From positions 1-38,027 of the forward strand of contig WAJW01000185.1 of the NCBI GenBank assembly GCA_015523685.1: a DNA stretch of 38,027 nucleotides, written 5' to 3'. Shown here piece after piece: positions 17,535-26,549 of this stretch. Under the pieces are notes generated by a model. It made no database searches and was not told the DNA's origin. It was given only the letters and a program-made list of their open reading frames with translations. A program made the translations under genes and the position numbers. Within the stretch, counting starts at the first letter, position 1. Every line of letters begins with the position of its first letter. This DNA is from Archaeoglobaceae archaeon (GTDB taxonomy: Archaea; Halobacteriota; Archaeoglobi; Archaeoglobales; JdFR-42).

Positions 17535-19607
17535 CTATCCTCCAAGCTCTATCATGTAATCCCCGAATCCCGTTACTTTCAACACCGAATCGGGAGGAAC
17601 CACGATTGTGGTTGCACTCTGCTCCACAACTGCAGGGCCGGGTATTGCATTTCCGGGTTCCAGAGAGTCTCCGTCATATACAGGTGTTTCCGTAAAATCG
17701 TTTAGCTCAAAGAAAAAGACATCCCGCTGAGCTTTTACGTGTTTATCTGCACTGGTTTCAGCCCCGGGAAGGGGCTTTCGATCAGGTCTTCTGACCCTCC
17801 CGTAACCTTCAAGCCTGAAGTTTATGACCTCTATGTCCGTCACATCCCTGTAACCGAAGAGGGCCTCATGTTTCCGATGGAACCTCTCTGCTATTGATGG
17901 AAGATACTCTTCATACATCTCGGACTCGTCTATCGGGACGCTGATTTCATGATACTGTCCCTCATACCTCATATCCCAGCTGTAACGGAAATATCTGTTT
18001 TCAGTCGGGATACCTTCTTTTTCAAGCAGATCTATGGCAGAGTCCCTCAACGAATCTCTGATCTCACGCATCTTATCCATGTTGAGCTCACTCATTCTCG
18101 CAACTATGGAAGCCACAAAATCATGCCTTATATCCGAAATTATGCTTCCGAGAGCGCAGAAAATTGATGAAAATCGAGGTATCAGGACTTTCCTTATTCT
18201 CAGTTCCTTTGCAAGTCTTGCAGCATGGACAGGCCCCGCCCCTCCCGCAACCACGAGGGTGTACTTTCTGGGATCCTCCCCCCGCCGAACTGAAACAGTG
18301 GCTATTGCATCGGTCATGTTGTGGTCTGCAATGGCAACTATTGATCTTGCAGACTCAGCCACATCCATCCCCAGTGGTTCAGCAATATTCTCCTCCACCG
18401 CTCTGTATGCAAGGTCAGGGTCAAGCCTGATCTCACCACCCAGGAAATAGTCTGGATTGAGATAACCGAGAATCAAATCCGCATCTGTAACAGTGGGCTT
18501 CAATGAGCCCTTACCATAGCAGGCAGGCCCCGGATCAGCCCCGGCAGATTCAGGCCCGACATGCAATGCACCGAATCTGCCAATCCAGGCTATGCTTCCT
18601 CCTCCTGCCCCAACCGTATGTACATCAACCCTCGGAAGCCTTATGTGATATATTCCCCCTACAGCTGCCTCATAGCTCATTAATGGCTGGCCATTTCTGA
18701 CGAGACTTACATCAAAACTCGTACCACCCATGTCAATTGTGATAATGTCATCGATTCCCATGGGTTGAGCAATAAAAATTCCTGCCGTGGGGCCACAGGA
18801 AGGCCCTGACTGAATTGTACGAATCGGTGACTCCATGACATTGGAGGGATCAGATAAGCTCCCGTCCGCCTGAACAACAAGAAACTTACCATTGAAATCA
18901 TTTCTCTCCAGTTTTTCAGCAAGAGCCTTGAGATAAAAAACGACTGCAGGACCCGCATATGCATTGAGAGCAGAGGTGTTGATCCTCTCGTAAAAACCGG
19001 CCTCGGGATAAATTCTGTAAGATGATGCAATAAAAAGACCCGGTAACTCTTCACGGAGGAATTCTTCAACAGCGATCTCATGAACTGGATTGAGATACGA
19101 ATTCAAAAGACAGATGGCAACTGATTCGACTTTCAGATCCGTTATCCTCCTTCTGGTTTTTTCGAGATCCTCGATCCTCAAGTCAGAGAGTATCTCTCCA
19201 GATGCATCGATTCTCTCCCCAACGGGAAAAACCAGAAATCTCGGTATGAGTGGTTTTTCTTTACCTTTCTTTAAATCAAAAATGTATTCAGGCCTTTTCA
19301 CGCCTTTCTGCATATCTATATAATCTCTGAAGCCCTCTGTGGTGATAAGGGCTGTTTTTGCTCCCTTTCTTGTGAGAATTACGTTTGTCGTAGCTGTTGT
19401 TCCATGAAATATAAATTCAGTATTCTTTAACATCCCATTCAGCGTGTGGCCAATTTTTCCTGCGAGAAACGTTAGGCCGTCCACTATGCAATCAACAGTA
19501 TCCCGATCCATCATCACCTTATGGGAAACCATCGACCGGGTTTCCATATCAATGAGCAGGAGGTCTATAAAGGTTCCACCAACATCTATTCCTATTCTGT
19601 ATCTCAT
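17535..19607 (-). CDS. hyuA: hydantoinase A / oxoprolinase-family subunit (ATP-dependent hydantoinase/carboxylase family)
   Basis: MRYRIGIDVGGTFIDLLL, DMGGTSFDVSL and VGAGGGSIAW are ASKHA-fold ATPase motifs. Start 19607 preferred, since the AT-rich box at 19623-19637 fits a leaderless transcript. The ORF-track start is 19619. Confidence 0.9.
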   Translation of the reverse strand: MRYRIGIDVGGTFIDLLLIDMETRSMVSHKVMMDRDTVDCIVDGLTFLAGKIGHTLNGMLKNTEFIFHGTTATTNVILTRKGAKTALITTEGFRDYIDMQKGVKRPEYIFDLKKGKEKPLIPRFLVFPVGERIDASGEILSDLRIEDLEKTRRRITDLKVESVAICLLNSYLNPVHEIAVEEFLREELPGLFIASSYRIYPEAGFYERINTSALNAYAGPAVVFYLKALAEKLERNDFNGKFLVVQADGSLSDPSNVMESPIRTIQSGPSCGPTAGIFIAQPMGIDDIITIDMGGTSFDVSLVRNGQPLMSYEAAVGGIYHIRLPRVDVHTVGAGGGSIAWIGRFGALHVGPESAGADPGPACYGKGSLKPTVTDADLILGYLNPDYFLGGEIRLDPDLAYRAVEENIAEPLGMDVAESARSIVAIADHNMTDAIATVSVRRGEDPRKYTLVVAGGAGPVHAARLAKELRIRKVLIPRFSSIFCALGSIISDIRHDFVASIVARMSELNMDKMREIRDSLRDSAIDLLEKEGIPTENRYFRYSWDMRYEGQYHEISVPIDESEMYEEYLPSIAERFHRKHEALFGYRDVTDIEVINFRLEGYGRVRRPDRKPLPGAETSADKHVKAQRDVFFFELNDFTETPVYDGDSLEPGNAIPGPAVVEQSATTIVVPPDSVLKVTGFGDYMIELGG

Positions 19608-19752
19608 TATTTCATGCATATTTTAATTAATAAATAGTTAAGTTTTTCTCATTCAGGAGAGAAACATTTAATCCCATATCAGAACCACACAGTTTCCGCA
19701 TTCTATGGAAATTTAAATATAGAACCAGAAGAAAATTCAATTCGGTGAAGTT

Positions 19753-20097
19753 ATGTTTCCGATGCGTGGAATGAGTCCTGCAAAGCTCAAACAGATGATG
19801 AGACAGATGGGAATTGAGCTTGAAGAGCTGGATGATGTTGAGCAGGTTGTTATCACAACCAGAAGCAAGGAGATTATTTTTGAGAACCCAAATGTTGTTA
19901 TAATGAAAGCAAAGGGAGTGGAGACGTTCCAGATTACTGGAGATTACGTGGAGAAAGACAGAAAGCCACCAGTGAAGGAAGAGGATGTAAAAATAGTTGC
20001 AGAACAGGCAGGTGTTGGTGAGGATGAGGCAAGAAAGGCGCTCGAGGAAGCCGGTGGTGATCTGGCAGAAGCAATCTTGAAGCTAACTCAGGACTGA
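19753..20097 (+). CDS. nac: nascent polypeptide-associated complex protein (NAC alpha homologue with UBA tail)
   Basis: NAC domain (QMGIELEELDDVEQVVITTRSKEIIFENPNVVIMKAKGVETFQITG). C-terminal UBA-like EEDVKIVAEQAGVGEDEARKALEEAGGDLAEAILKL. Confidence 0.88.
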   Translation: MFPMRGMSPAKLKQMMRQMGIELEELDDVEQVVITTRSKEIIFENPNVVIMKAKGVETFQITGDYVEKDRKPPVKEEDVKIVAEQAGVGEDEARKALEEAGGDLAEAILKLTQD

Positions 20098-20099
20098 GT

Positions 20100-20831
20100 A
20101 TGAGACTTGTTCTGTGCAGGGGAAAGGAGTACTTTCTTGTTGAAAAATTTGAGGGAGAGCTTCACACCCACAGAGGTGTGATCGATCTGTCAGAATTAAA
20201 ACACGCAAATCCAGGTGATACCATTAAAACGCATCTCGGTGTCGAGTACCGGGTTCTTCCTTTTAAACCATCCGATTATTTCAGATTCTTCCGCAGAACA
20301 TCAACACCTGTGATGCCCAAGGACATAGGAGCGATAATAGCATATTCTGGTATAAGGAGGGGAGACACGGTTCTGGATTCTGGTACGGGTACGGGAATGC
20401 TTGCCGCATATCTGGCAAATGCGGTGTATCCGGGTAAGGTCATAACGGTGGAAAAAAGATGGGACTTTGCAGAGGTGGCAAGAAAAAATTTTGAGATGAC
20501 CGGTCTGGACAACATCCATCTCATATGCGGTGATCTTCTGGAGGTTCACAGGGGCTTCAAGATTAAGTTTGATCTGATAACCCTTGATATGAAAGATGAC
20601 AGGGATTTCGTGGAGCATTCAAAAGACCTGCTAAACCCCGGTGGATGTCTGGCGATCTACAATCCTTACGTTGAACATGCGAGGGACGTTGTAAGAAAAA
20701 TGGAACAGCATGGATTTCTCGATATCGAATGCTTCGAGCTCCTGAGAATAGACATGGAGTTCAAAAGAATTGGCTCAAGACCTTCAACAGGGGTGTGGCA
20801 TACAGGGTATATTGCATTGGGACGGGTTTGA
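20100..20831 (+). CDS. trmI: tRNA (adenine-N1)-methyltransferase TrmI (Gcd14 family)
   Basis: N-terminal beta domain, then the SAM motif GDTVLDSGTGTGMLAAYLA and DLITLDM...NPGG. Starts 3 nt after nac. Confidence 0.8.
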   Translation: MRLVLCRGKEYFLVEKFEGELHTHRGVIDLSELKHANPGDTIKTHLGVEYRVLPFKPSDYFRFFRRTSTPVMPKDIGAIIAYSGIRRGDTVLDSGTGTGMLAAYLANAVYPGKVITVEKRWDFAEVARKNFEMTGLDNIHLICGDLLEVHRGFKIKFDLITLDMKDDRDFVEHSKDLLNPGGCLAIYNPYVEHARDVVRKMEQHGFLDIECFELLRIDMEFKRIGSRPSTGVWHTGYIALGRV

Positions 20832-21181
20832 AACCTGCATATCACGTTTGTGGATACAGGGTTTATATCTTCAGAGATTTTTATCCGGACACGGGACATA
20901 TGAATACAATTCAGGTGAAACAGCCTGATAACGTGCAGATACATCGCTAAAACATCCATTCAAACACGTAAGATCTGGGATTTCTTAAAATAATGGCCAG
21001 AACTTTCATCTCTTCAACCCGGAAAGATTAAATGATTGATGAAGATCACAGATATATTCTTCTGTAAATTCAGCTTACAGAAATCCGTTATCTGCACGAG
21101 GAACAGAGTTGAGTTTACAGATCGAATTCAAGCCCTCTGATTCCCTGAGCATCCTACCTCATTCTGAGAAACATGGAAAAG

Positions 21182-21194
21182 TTTTAATTATATA
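21182..21194 (+). promoter_or_regulatory. TATA-like box upstream of fae-hps
   Basis: TTTTAATTATATA lies about 30-40 nt upstream of the TTG start at 21223. GAGGTG SD at 21212-21217. Confidence 0.45.
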
Positions 21195-21222
21195 CCCTCT
21201 CTCAGAATTGTGAGGTGTTAAT

Positions 21223-22404
21223 TTGTTCAGAGTTGGCGAGGCTCTCATCGGTGAGGGTAATGAAGTTGCTCATGTGGATCTGATAATTGGAAAAAGAGAT
21301 GGACCTGCTGGAACTGCATTTACAAATGCTCTGGCCCAGCTTTCCGCGGGCCATACCCCCCTGCTTGCAGTAATAAGACCGAATCTTATCACAAAACCAC
21401 CTGCGGTTATAGTCCCCAAGGTCACGGTTAAATCCATGGAACAGGCAGAGCTCATTTTCGGGCCTGCTCAGGCGGCGGTTGCAAAGGCGGTTGCAGATGC
21501 TGTAGAAGAGGGGGTGATCCCGAGGGAAGAAGCAGAGGATTACGTTGTTATCGTCAGTGTGTTCATACATCCATCAGCAAAGGACAGAGAGCGTATATAT
21601 CATTACAACTACGGAGCTACAAAACTCGCCATTCAGAGAGCGATGGATGGATTTCCAGATGTGGATACAATGCTTTACGAGAAAGACAGATTCGGTCATC
21701 CCATGGTTGGCAACAAGCTTGTAAAGCTCTGGGACCCTCCCTATCTCCAGGTTGCCCTCGATTTCCCCGATCTGAAAAAGACCCTGAGTGTGGTTTCCCA
21801 GCTTCCTGACAACGACCATCTGATCCTCGAAGCGGGTACTCCTCTTATCAAAAGATATGGTGTTGAGGTTATAAGGAGAATAAGGGAGATAAAACCGAAT
21901 GCGTTCATCGTCGCAGATCTTAAAACACTCGATACAGGTAATCTCGAGGCAAGGATGGCGGCTGATGCAACTGCAAGCGCGGTGGTGATCTCGGGACTGG
22001 CTCCAAGACCTACCATAGAGAAGGCCATTTCAGAGGCAAGAAAAACGGGAATCTACTCAGTTGTGGATATGCTCAACGTTCCGGACCCCCTTAAGAGGCT
22101 AACCTCATTCTCGTCAATGCCGGATGTTGTGGAGATACACAGGGCAATCGACCTCGAGGGAGAGGTTTCACAGGCCTGGGAGAGCATAAAGGAGATCAAG
22201 GAAAAGGTTGGAGGAATTCTGGTGGCAGTTGCTGGAGGAATCAGGCCTGAAAATGTCCAGGAGGCAATTTCAGCTGGAGCAGACATACTGGTTGTCGGTA
22301 GAGCCATAACAAATGCAAAGGACGTGGAGGGATCTGCAAGACAGTTCCTCAAAGCGATGAAAAAGGAGGATGTTGATCAGTTCAGAATAATGACGGATTT
22401 CTGA
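21223..22404 (+). CDS. fae-hps: bifunctional formaldehyde-activating enzyme / 3-hexulose-6-phosphate synthase
   Basis: The N-terminal half FRVGEALIGEGNEVAHVDLIIGKRDGPAGTAFTNALAQLSAGHTPLLAVIRPNL is Fae. The C-terminal half LQVALDF...ADLKTLDTG...VVGRAIT is an OMPDC-suprafamily HPS. TTG start. Confidence 0.88.
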   Translation: MFRVGEALIGEGNEVAHVDLIIGKRDGPAGTAFTNALAQLSAGHTPLLAVIRPNLITKPPAVIVPKVTVKSMEQAELIFGPAQAAVAKAVADAVEEGVIPREEAEDYVVIVSVFIHPSAKDRERIYHYNYGATKLAIQRAMDGFPDVDTMLYEKDRFGHPMVGNKLVKLWDPPYLQVALDFPDLKKTLSVVSQLPDNDHLILEAGTPLIKRYGVEVIRRIREIKPNAFIVADLKTLDTGNLEARMAADATASAVVISGLAPRPTIEKAISEARKTGIYSVVDMLNVPDPLKRLTSFSSMPDVVEIHRAIDLEGEVSQAWESIKEIKEKVGGILVAVAGGIRPENVQEAISAGADILVVGRAITNAKDVEGSARQFLKAMKKEDVDQFRIMTDF

Positions 22405-22414
22405 GGCCTTCTCC

Positions 22415-23077
22415 ATGAAACCGGTTATAATTCTTAATTTTAAGGCTTACAGAGAGGGCATTCTAAGAATGGAAGAGATCGTTGAATCCGCAAGGGAGAT
22501 AAACGAGAGTGGCATCGCTGAAGTCTATCTTGCACCACCTCTTCTTTACGCACTTAAGATTTCAGAGAATGGGATTCCGGTTCTGGCCCAGCATACAGAT
22601 GCGATATCCTATGGTAGCCACACGGGCCGTATACCCCCCGAAATGATCGGGTCTGCCGGACTGAAAGGGAGCCTGATAAATCATTCAGAGAGAAGGCTTA
22701 CCCTTGCAGACATAGAATTCATAATCTCCAGATTCAGGGAACTTGAACTCATTTCCGTGGTATGCACAAACAACATATCAACAAGCAGATCTGCCTCAGC
22801 CCTCAGACCGGATTTTGTTGCCATAGAGCCCCCTGAACTGATCGGATCCGGCATTCCGGTTTCAAAAGCAGAACCGGAGATCGTTGAGGGTTCGGTAAGG
22901 GCGGTGAAAGATGTTAATCCATCGGTCAGAGTTCTGTGTGGGGCGGGGATAAGCAGATACGAAGACCTCACCAGTGCACTGGAACTGGGAGCAGAAGGTG
23001 TCCTCCTTGCATCAGGGGTTATCAGGGCAAAGAATCCGGGGGAAAAGTTGAAAGAGTTAGCGGGAATTGAGCCCTGA
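22415..23077 (+). CDS. tpiA: triosephosphate isomerase (short archaeal type)
   Basis: ILNFKAY, GSLINHSERR, AIEPPELIGSG and GAGIS motifs. About 220 aa, as in archaeal TIMs. Confidence 0.9.
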   Translation: MKPVIILNFKAYREGILRMEEIVESAREINESGIAEVYLAPPLLYALKISENGIPVLAQHTDAISYGSHTGRIPPEMIGSAGLKGSLINHSERRLTLADIEFIISRFRELELISVVCTNNISTSRSASALRPDFVAIEPPELIGSGIPVSKAEPEIVEGSVRAVKDVNPSVRVLCGAGISRYEDLTSALELGAEGVLLASGVIRAKNPGEKLKELAGIEP

Positions 23078-23533
23078 AATGAATTCAAGAATATTGTCCC
23101 AGTGGCTTCCCCTCCAGTAAAGTTTGTCACATTTTTCACAGTAAAAGAGGTCCAGATCCATAACCCCATCAGGAAAATTTTCTCTCCTGATAACATTGAC
23201 AGCTTCTTCTTTTGAAGGTTTTCTCAGCAGAGAATTGCAGAGACTGCACCTCTGCATTACGGGTTCGAAAGTCAGGCTCAATTTTTCCTTCAACTCCACG
23301 AGCTGGGATCTGAGGTCATTACCTTCAATCAATACCGCTTCTCTTCCCCTCCTGATTGATTTTCTGTAGAGTTCTCTATCCCTCGTAACCAGTACCCTCT
23401 CCTTTAACCTCATCAGAAGAAATTCATCCTCATCCATGTCCACATCAAGCTCCCCGATATACAGGGTATCATATCCACATAACCTCAGCCATACTCTCAT
23501 CTTTCCGAGCATTCTATCCAGGATGAGCTTCAT
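23057..23533 (-). CDS. Mut7-C (DUF82) PIN-like ribonuclease domain protein with C-terminal zinc ribbon
   Basis: MKLILDRMLGKMRVWLRLCGYDT...LVTRDREL...RCSLCNSLL...YCEKCDKLYWRGSHW. The 3' end overlaps the tpiA 3' end by 21 nt (convergent). Confidence 0.8.
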   Translation of the reverse strand: MKLILDRMLGKMRVWLRLCGYDTLYIGELDVDMDEDEFLLMRLKERVLVTRDRELYRKSIRRGREAVLIEGNDLRSQLVELKEKLSLTFEPVMQRCSLCNSLLRKPSKEEAVNVIRRENFPDGVMDLDLFYCEKCDKLYWRGSHWDNILEFISGLNSR

Positions 23534-23644
23534 ATGTTACCATCCCCGATATGGCGGAGGTGGTTTATAACACTGCCTCAAAATTTCCATGTCTGGAGTA
23601 GGGATATGTGAAATGAAGTCGGGAAAACCGGGGGAATTATATTG

Positions 23645-23652
23645 TTTATAAA
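23645..23652 (+). promoter_or_regulatory. TATA-like box upstream of the Mo-hydroxylase operon
   Basis: TTTATAAA lies 36-43 nt upstream of the ATG at 23688, in the 154-nt gap after the divergent Mut7-C gene. Confidence 0.4.
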
Positions 23653-23675
23653 TCGTAAAACCTTTTAAGGTCAAA

Positions 23676-23688
23676 TGATAATTTATCA
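23676..23688. promoter_or_regulatory. perfect 13-bp palindrome TGATAA-T-TTATCA between TATA box and start codon (candidate operator)
   Basis: Read directly. Half-sites are at 23676-23681 and 23683-23688. The last A is the first base of the ATG. Confidence 0.4.
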
Positions 23689-24167
23689 TGATGAAAGAGC
23701 ATTCTGTAGAGATTGTTGTCAATGGTGAGAGACATCACCTTACCGTGGGAAGTGAGATGACACTTCTCGAGGTTCTCAGAGACAGACTTGGTTTAAAGGG
23801 TGTAAAGGAGGGTTGCAGTAAGGGAGAGTGCGGAGCCTGCACAGTTCTTGTGGATGGCAGACCGGTTAACTCCTGTCTTCTTCTTGCAGTGGAAGCGGAT
23901 GGAAAAGAGATAATAACGATAGAGGGGGTGGAGAGGGACGGCCAGCTAAACCCCATTCAGGAGGAATTCATAGAACATGGAGCGGTGCAGTGTGGTTTCT
24001 GTACACCCGGGATGATAATATCAGCAAAATACCTTATTGAAAATAATCCAGATCCTTCAGAGGAAGAAATCCGGGAGGCAATATCGGGTAATCTGTGCAG
24101 ATGCACGGGATATGTAAGGATAATTTCTGCGATTAAATCGGCTGTAGATAAGTACTCCATGAGGTGA
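23688..24167 (+). CDS. molybdenum hydroxylase (xanthine dehydrogenase family) small subunit, two [2Fe-2S] clusters
   Basis: Plant-type cluster CSKGECGACTV...C and the second cluster QCGFCTPGMI...CRCTGY. About 159 aa. Confidence 0.92.
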   Translation: MMKEHSVEIVVNGERHHLTVGSEMTLLEVLRDRLGLKGVKEGCSKGECGACTVLVDGRPVNSCLLLAVEADGKEIITIEGVERDGQLNPIQEEFIEHGAVQCGFCTPGMIISAKYLIENNPDPSEEEIREAISGNLCRCTGYVRIISAIKSAVDKYSMR

Positions 24168-24173
24168 TAATGC

Positions 24174-26549
24174 TTGCAGGAAATTCTCAGGAAAAAAAAG
24201 ACAGAATACAGGTATGTGGGCAAACCTGTCAGAAGAGTGGATGGTTACAAGAAGGTAACAGGAAGAGCCGTTTATACCGTGGATGTGGATCTTCCCGGGA
24301 TGCTTCACGGAAAAATCCTGAGAAGCCCCCATCCCCATGCCATCATAAAAAGCATAGATACCTCAAAGGCAGAAAGACTTCCGGGAGTGAAGGCGATTAT
24401 AACAGGAAAGGATACAGAAGGTGTCCGCTTTGGATTTGTGGAAACACCCCATATGCCTGCGGACATGCCTCCTCTCGCAGAGGACAGGGTGAGATATGTT
24501 GGTGAGGCCGTTGCTGCGGTTGCAGCGACTTCAGAAAAGGTTGCGGTTAAGGCCATTAACCTCATAGAGGTGGAATATGAGCCTCTTAAAGCTGTTTTTC
24601 ATCCAGAAGAGGCCATGAAACCCGAGGCCCCGGCAATCCATGACGTCATATATCCTTCCGGTCGATCTTTCTGGCAGGAGTGGGGCGTGGAGAGGGATAG
24701 CACACCCCAGAAAGTCGAGAGGAACATCGCAAGCACCCTCAAACTTGAAATAGGAGATGTGGAGGAGGGTTTTGGCAATGCCGATCATGTAAAAGAGGGG
24801 CGATTTGAGACGAATGTAACCGCACATGGGGCTCTCGAACCCCATGGAGCGGTTGCAAGATACTCCGAGGGGAGGCTGGATGTCTGGCTATCCCATATGG
24901 GTCCGTATATGAAAAGATACTGGCTTGCCAGAACAATGGGGCTTCCTGAGAGTCATGTCAGGGTTCGTCCCGCATTTGTGGGAGGTGCCTTCGGAGGGAA
25001 GATTGACCTTTTTGATTATGAATACATAGCAAGCCACCTCTCCAGATTGACCGGCAGACCCGTTAAGATAGTTCTCACACGGCGGGAGGTGTTTCAGGCA
25101 ACCAGGCTTAGACATCCGATGATTTTCTACATTAAGACCGGTGTAAAAAAGGATGGAAGGATAACCGCTATGGATATTAAAGCAATCGATGACACCGGAG
25201 CTTACAGAGGTACCGGACCGGTGGTTGTCTATCTCGCCCACGCTTTTTCAATTCCGATATACAGAATTCCAAATCTGAGGTATACGGGTTATGCTGTTTA
25301 CACAAACAATCCTGTCAGAGTGGCGATGAGGGGGCATGGAGCGCCTCAGGCAAGGTTTGCTGTTGAACAGCAGATCGATGAAATCGCAGAAGAGGCAGGA
25401 CTTGATCCCTATGAAATCAGGATGATAAATGCAAGGGAAAGGGGAGATGTTCTGCCCAATGGCGACGTGCTTAATAGCTGTGGTCTTAAGGAGGCCCTCA
25501 CAAGAGCGGTTGAAGATGGCAAATTCCTCCAGAAGTACGGGAAACACAGGGGGAAAGGAAGAGGAGTCGGAATCGGACTGACGAGCATGTTCAGCGGTGC
25601 CCAGTTCTATCCGTTCGGTGCAACAGGAGTTGTTCTCCTTCATGATGATGGAGGAGCCACTGTTTTTACGGGAGCGATAGAATTTGGACAGGGTTCCGAT
25701 ACCATGATGTGCCAGATTGTTGCTGAAGAGCTGGGAATCGACATGGAGAGGGTGAGCATTCTCTCAGGAGATTCCGAACTCTGCCCCATCGCCCTTGATA
25801 ACTGGTTGAGCGGAGGCACATTCGTGAATGGAAGGGCGGTACAGCTCGCAGCCATTGATGCAAGAAATAAACTGTTCGAGTACGCTGCAGAATTGCTGGG
25901 AGTTAGCAGAGACGAGCTTCAGGCGGAAGACAATGTGATATATTCCGCTGACAACCCTTCGAAGAGGATACCTCATGAAAAGGTGGTAAAGTACGCAATT
26001 CACAGAAACAGAGGTCAGCAGATTGTCGGAGTTGGTCATGCAACTCCTGTCGAAGGAGCGTACTGGTATCCGAGCCTTACCACCGGTAAAGGCAGGTTCA
26101 CCGGGGCATATTCCTTCTCCGCGACCTTTGCGGAAGTTGAGGTGGATTTTGAGACGGGAGTGGTTAAGGTGGTCAGAATAATAAACGCCCACGACTGTGG
26201 ATATCCCATCAATCCCGTACTCGTTGAGGGGCAGGCGGAAGGGCAGGGCTACATGGGAATGGGTCAGGTACTTTTTGAGGAGGTTATCGAGGAAAAGGGT
26301 ACAATCCTCAATCCCAACTTTCTGGACTATCTCATGCCCACCTCCATTGACGTACCCGAAATGAAGACCATACACATCGAGACACACGACCCCAACGGTC
26401 CTTTCGGTGGAAAAGAGGTTGGAGAGGGAGTTATTGCGGGTGTTGTTTCAGCGATAGCCAACGCAATCTACGATGCAACCGGAGTTCGTTTCAGAAAACT
26501 CCCGATTCTACCTTCAGATATTCTTGATGCCCTGGAGGGGAGAGAATGA
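24174..26549 (+). CDS. molybdenum hydroxylase large (molybdopterin-binding) subunit
   Basis: YVGKPVRRVDGYKKVTGRAVYTVD N-terminus. GGAFGGK motif. C-terminal GGKEVGEG containing the family catalytic Glu position. TTG start 7 nt after a GAGGTGA SD. Confidence 0.9.
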   Translation: MQEILRKKKTEYRYVGKPVRRVDGYKKVTGRAVYTVDVDLPGMLHGKILRSPHPHAIIKSIDTSKAERLPGVKAIITGKDTEGVRFGFVETPHMPADMPPLAEDRVRYVGEAVAAVAATSEKVAVKAINLIEVEYEPLKAVFHPEEAMKPEAPAIHDVIYPSGRSFWQEWGVERDSTPQKVERNIASTLKLEIGDVEEGFGNADHVKEGRFETNVTAHGALEPHGAVARYSEGRLDVWLSHMGPYMKRYWLARTMGLPESHVRVRPAFVGGAFGGKIDLFDYEYIASHLSRLTGRPVKIVLTRREVFQATRLRHPMIFYIKTGVKKDGRITAMDIKAIDDTGAYRGTGPVVVYLAHAFSIPIYRIPNLRYTGYAVYTNNPVRVAMRGHGAPQARFAVEQQIDEIAEEAGLDPYEIRMINARERGDVLPNGDVLNSCGLKEALTRAVEDGKFLQKYGKHRGKGRGVGIGLTSMFSGAQFYPFGATGVVLLHDDGGATVFTGAIEFGQGSDTMMCQIVAEELGIDMERVSILSGDSELCPIALDNWLSGGTFVNGRAVQLAAIDARNKLFEYAAELLGVSRDELQAEDNVIYSADNPSKRIPHEKVVKYAIHRNRGQQIVGVGHATPVEGAYWYPSLTTGKGRFTGAYSFSATFAEVEVDFETGVVKVVRIINAHDCGYPINPVLVEGQAEGQGYMGMGQVLFEEVIEEKGTILNPNFLDYLMPTSIDVPEMKTIHIETHDPNGPFGGKEVGEGVIAGVVSAIANAIYDATGVRFRKLPILPSDILDALEGRE

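Noticed and set aside
20666-20959. ORFs 20666..20959 (-) and 20729..20950 (+) spanning the trmI 3' end and the following gap.
   Set aside because: They are mutually antisense, overlap the end of trmI and have Arg/Cys/His-rich non-protein-like translations.
21030-21145. Possible C/D box sRNA (TGATGA at about 21037-21043, CTGA motifs near 21137).
   Set aside because: The C-like box lacks the preceding purine. No D' or C' boxes occur at the expected 12-nt guide spacing, and the distance to the nearest CTGA is about 100 nt, too long for an archaeal C/D sRNA.
23057-23533. Mut7-C/PIN-like nuclease as the toxin of a toxin-antitoxin or defence module.
   Set aside because: It is a single gene with no small partner ORF, and it is flanked by tpiA and the Mo-enzyme operon. 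The DUF82 family is widespread as a stand-alone housekeeping-type gene in archaea.
24164-24505. An alternative ATG (24170) lies in a different frame from the large subunit, just before an A8 homopolymer (24192-24199). This could be a slippery or phase-variable start for the large subunit.
   Set aside because: The TTG at 24174 is in frame with the conserved YVGKPVRRVDG N-terminus and sits 7 nt after a GAGGTGA SD. No frameshift is therefore needed. The 113-aa out-of-frame product is Arg/Gly-rich and lacks features. An A7/A8 length error cannot be excluded without reads.
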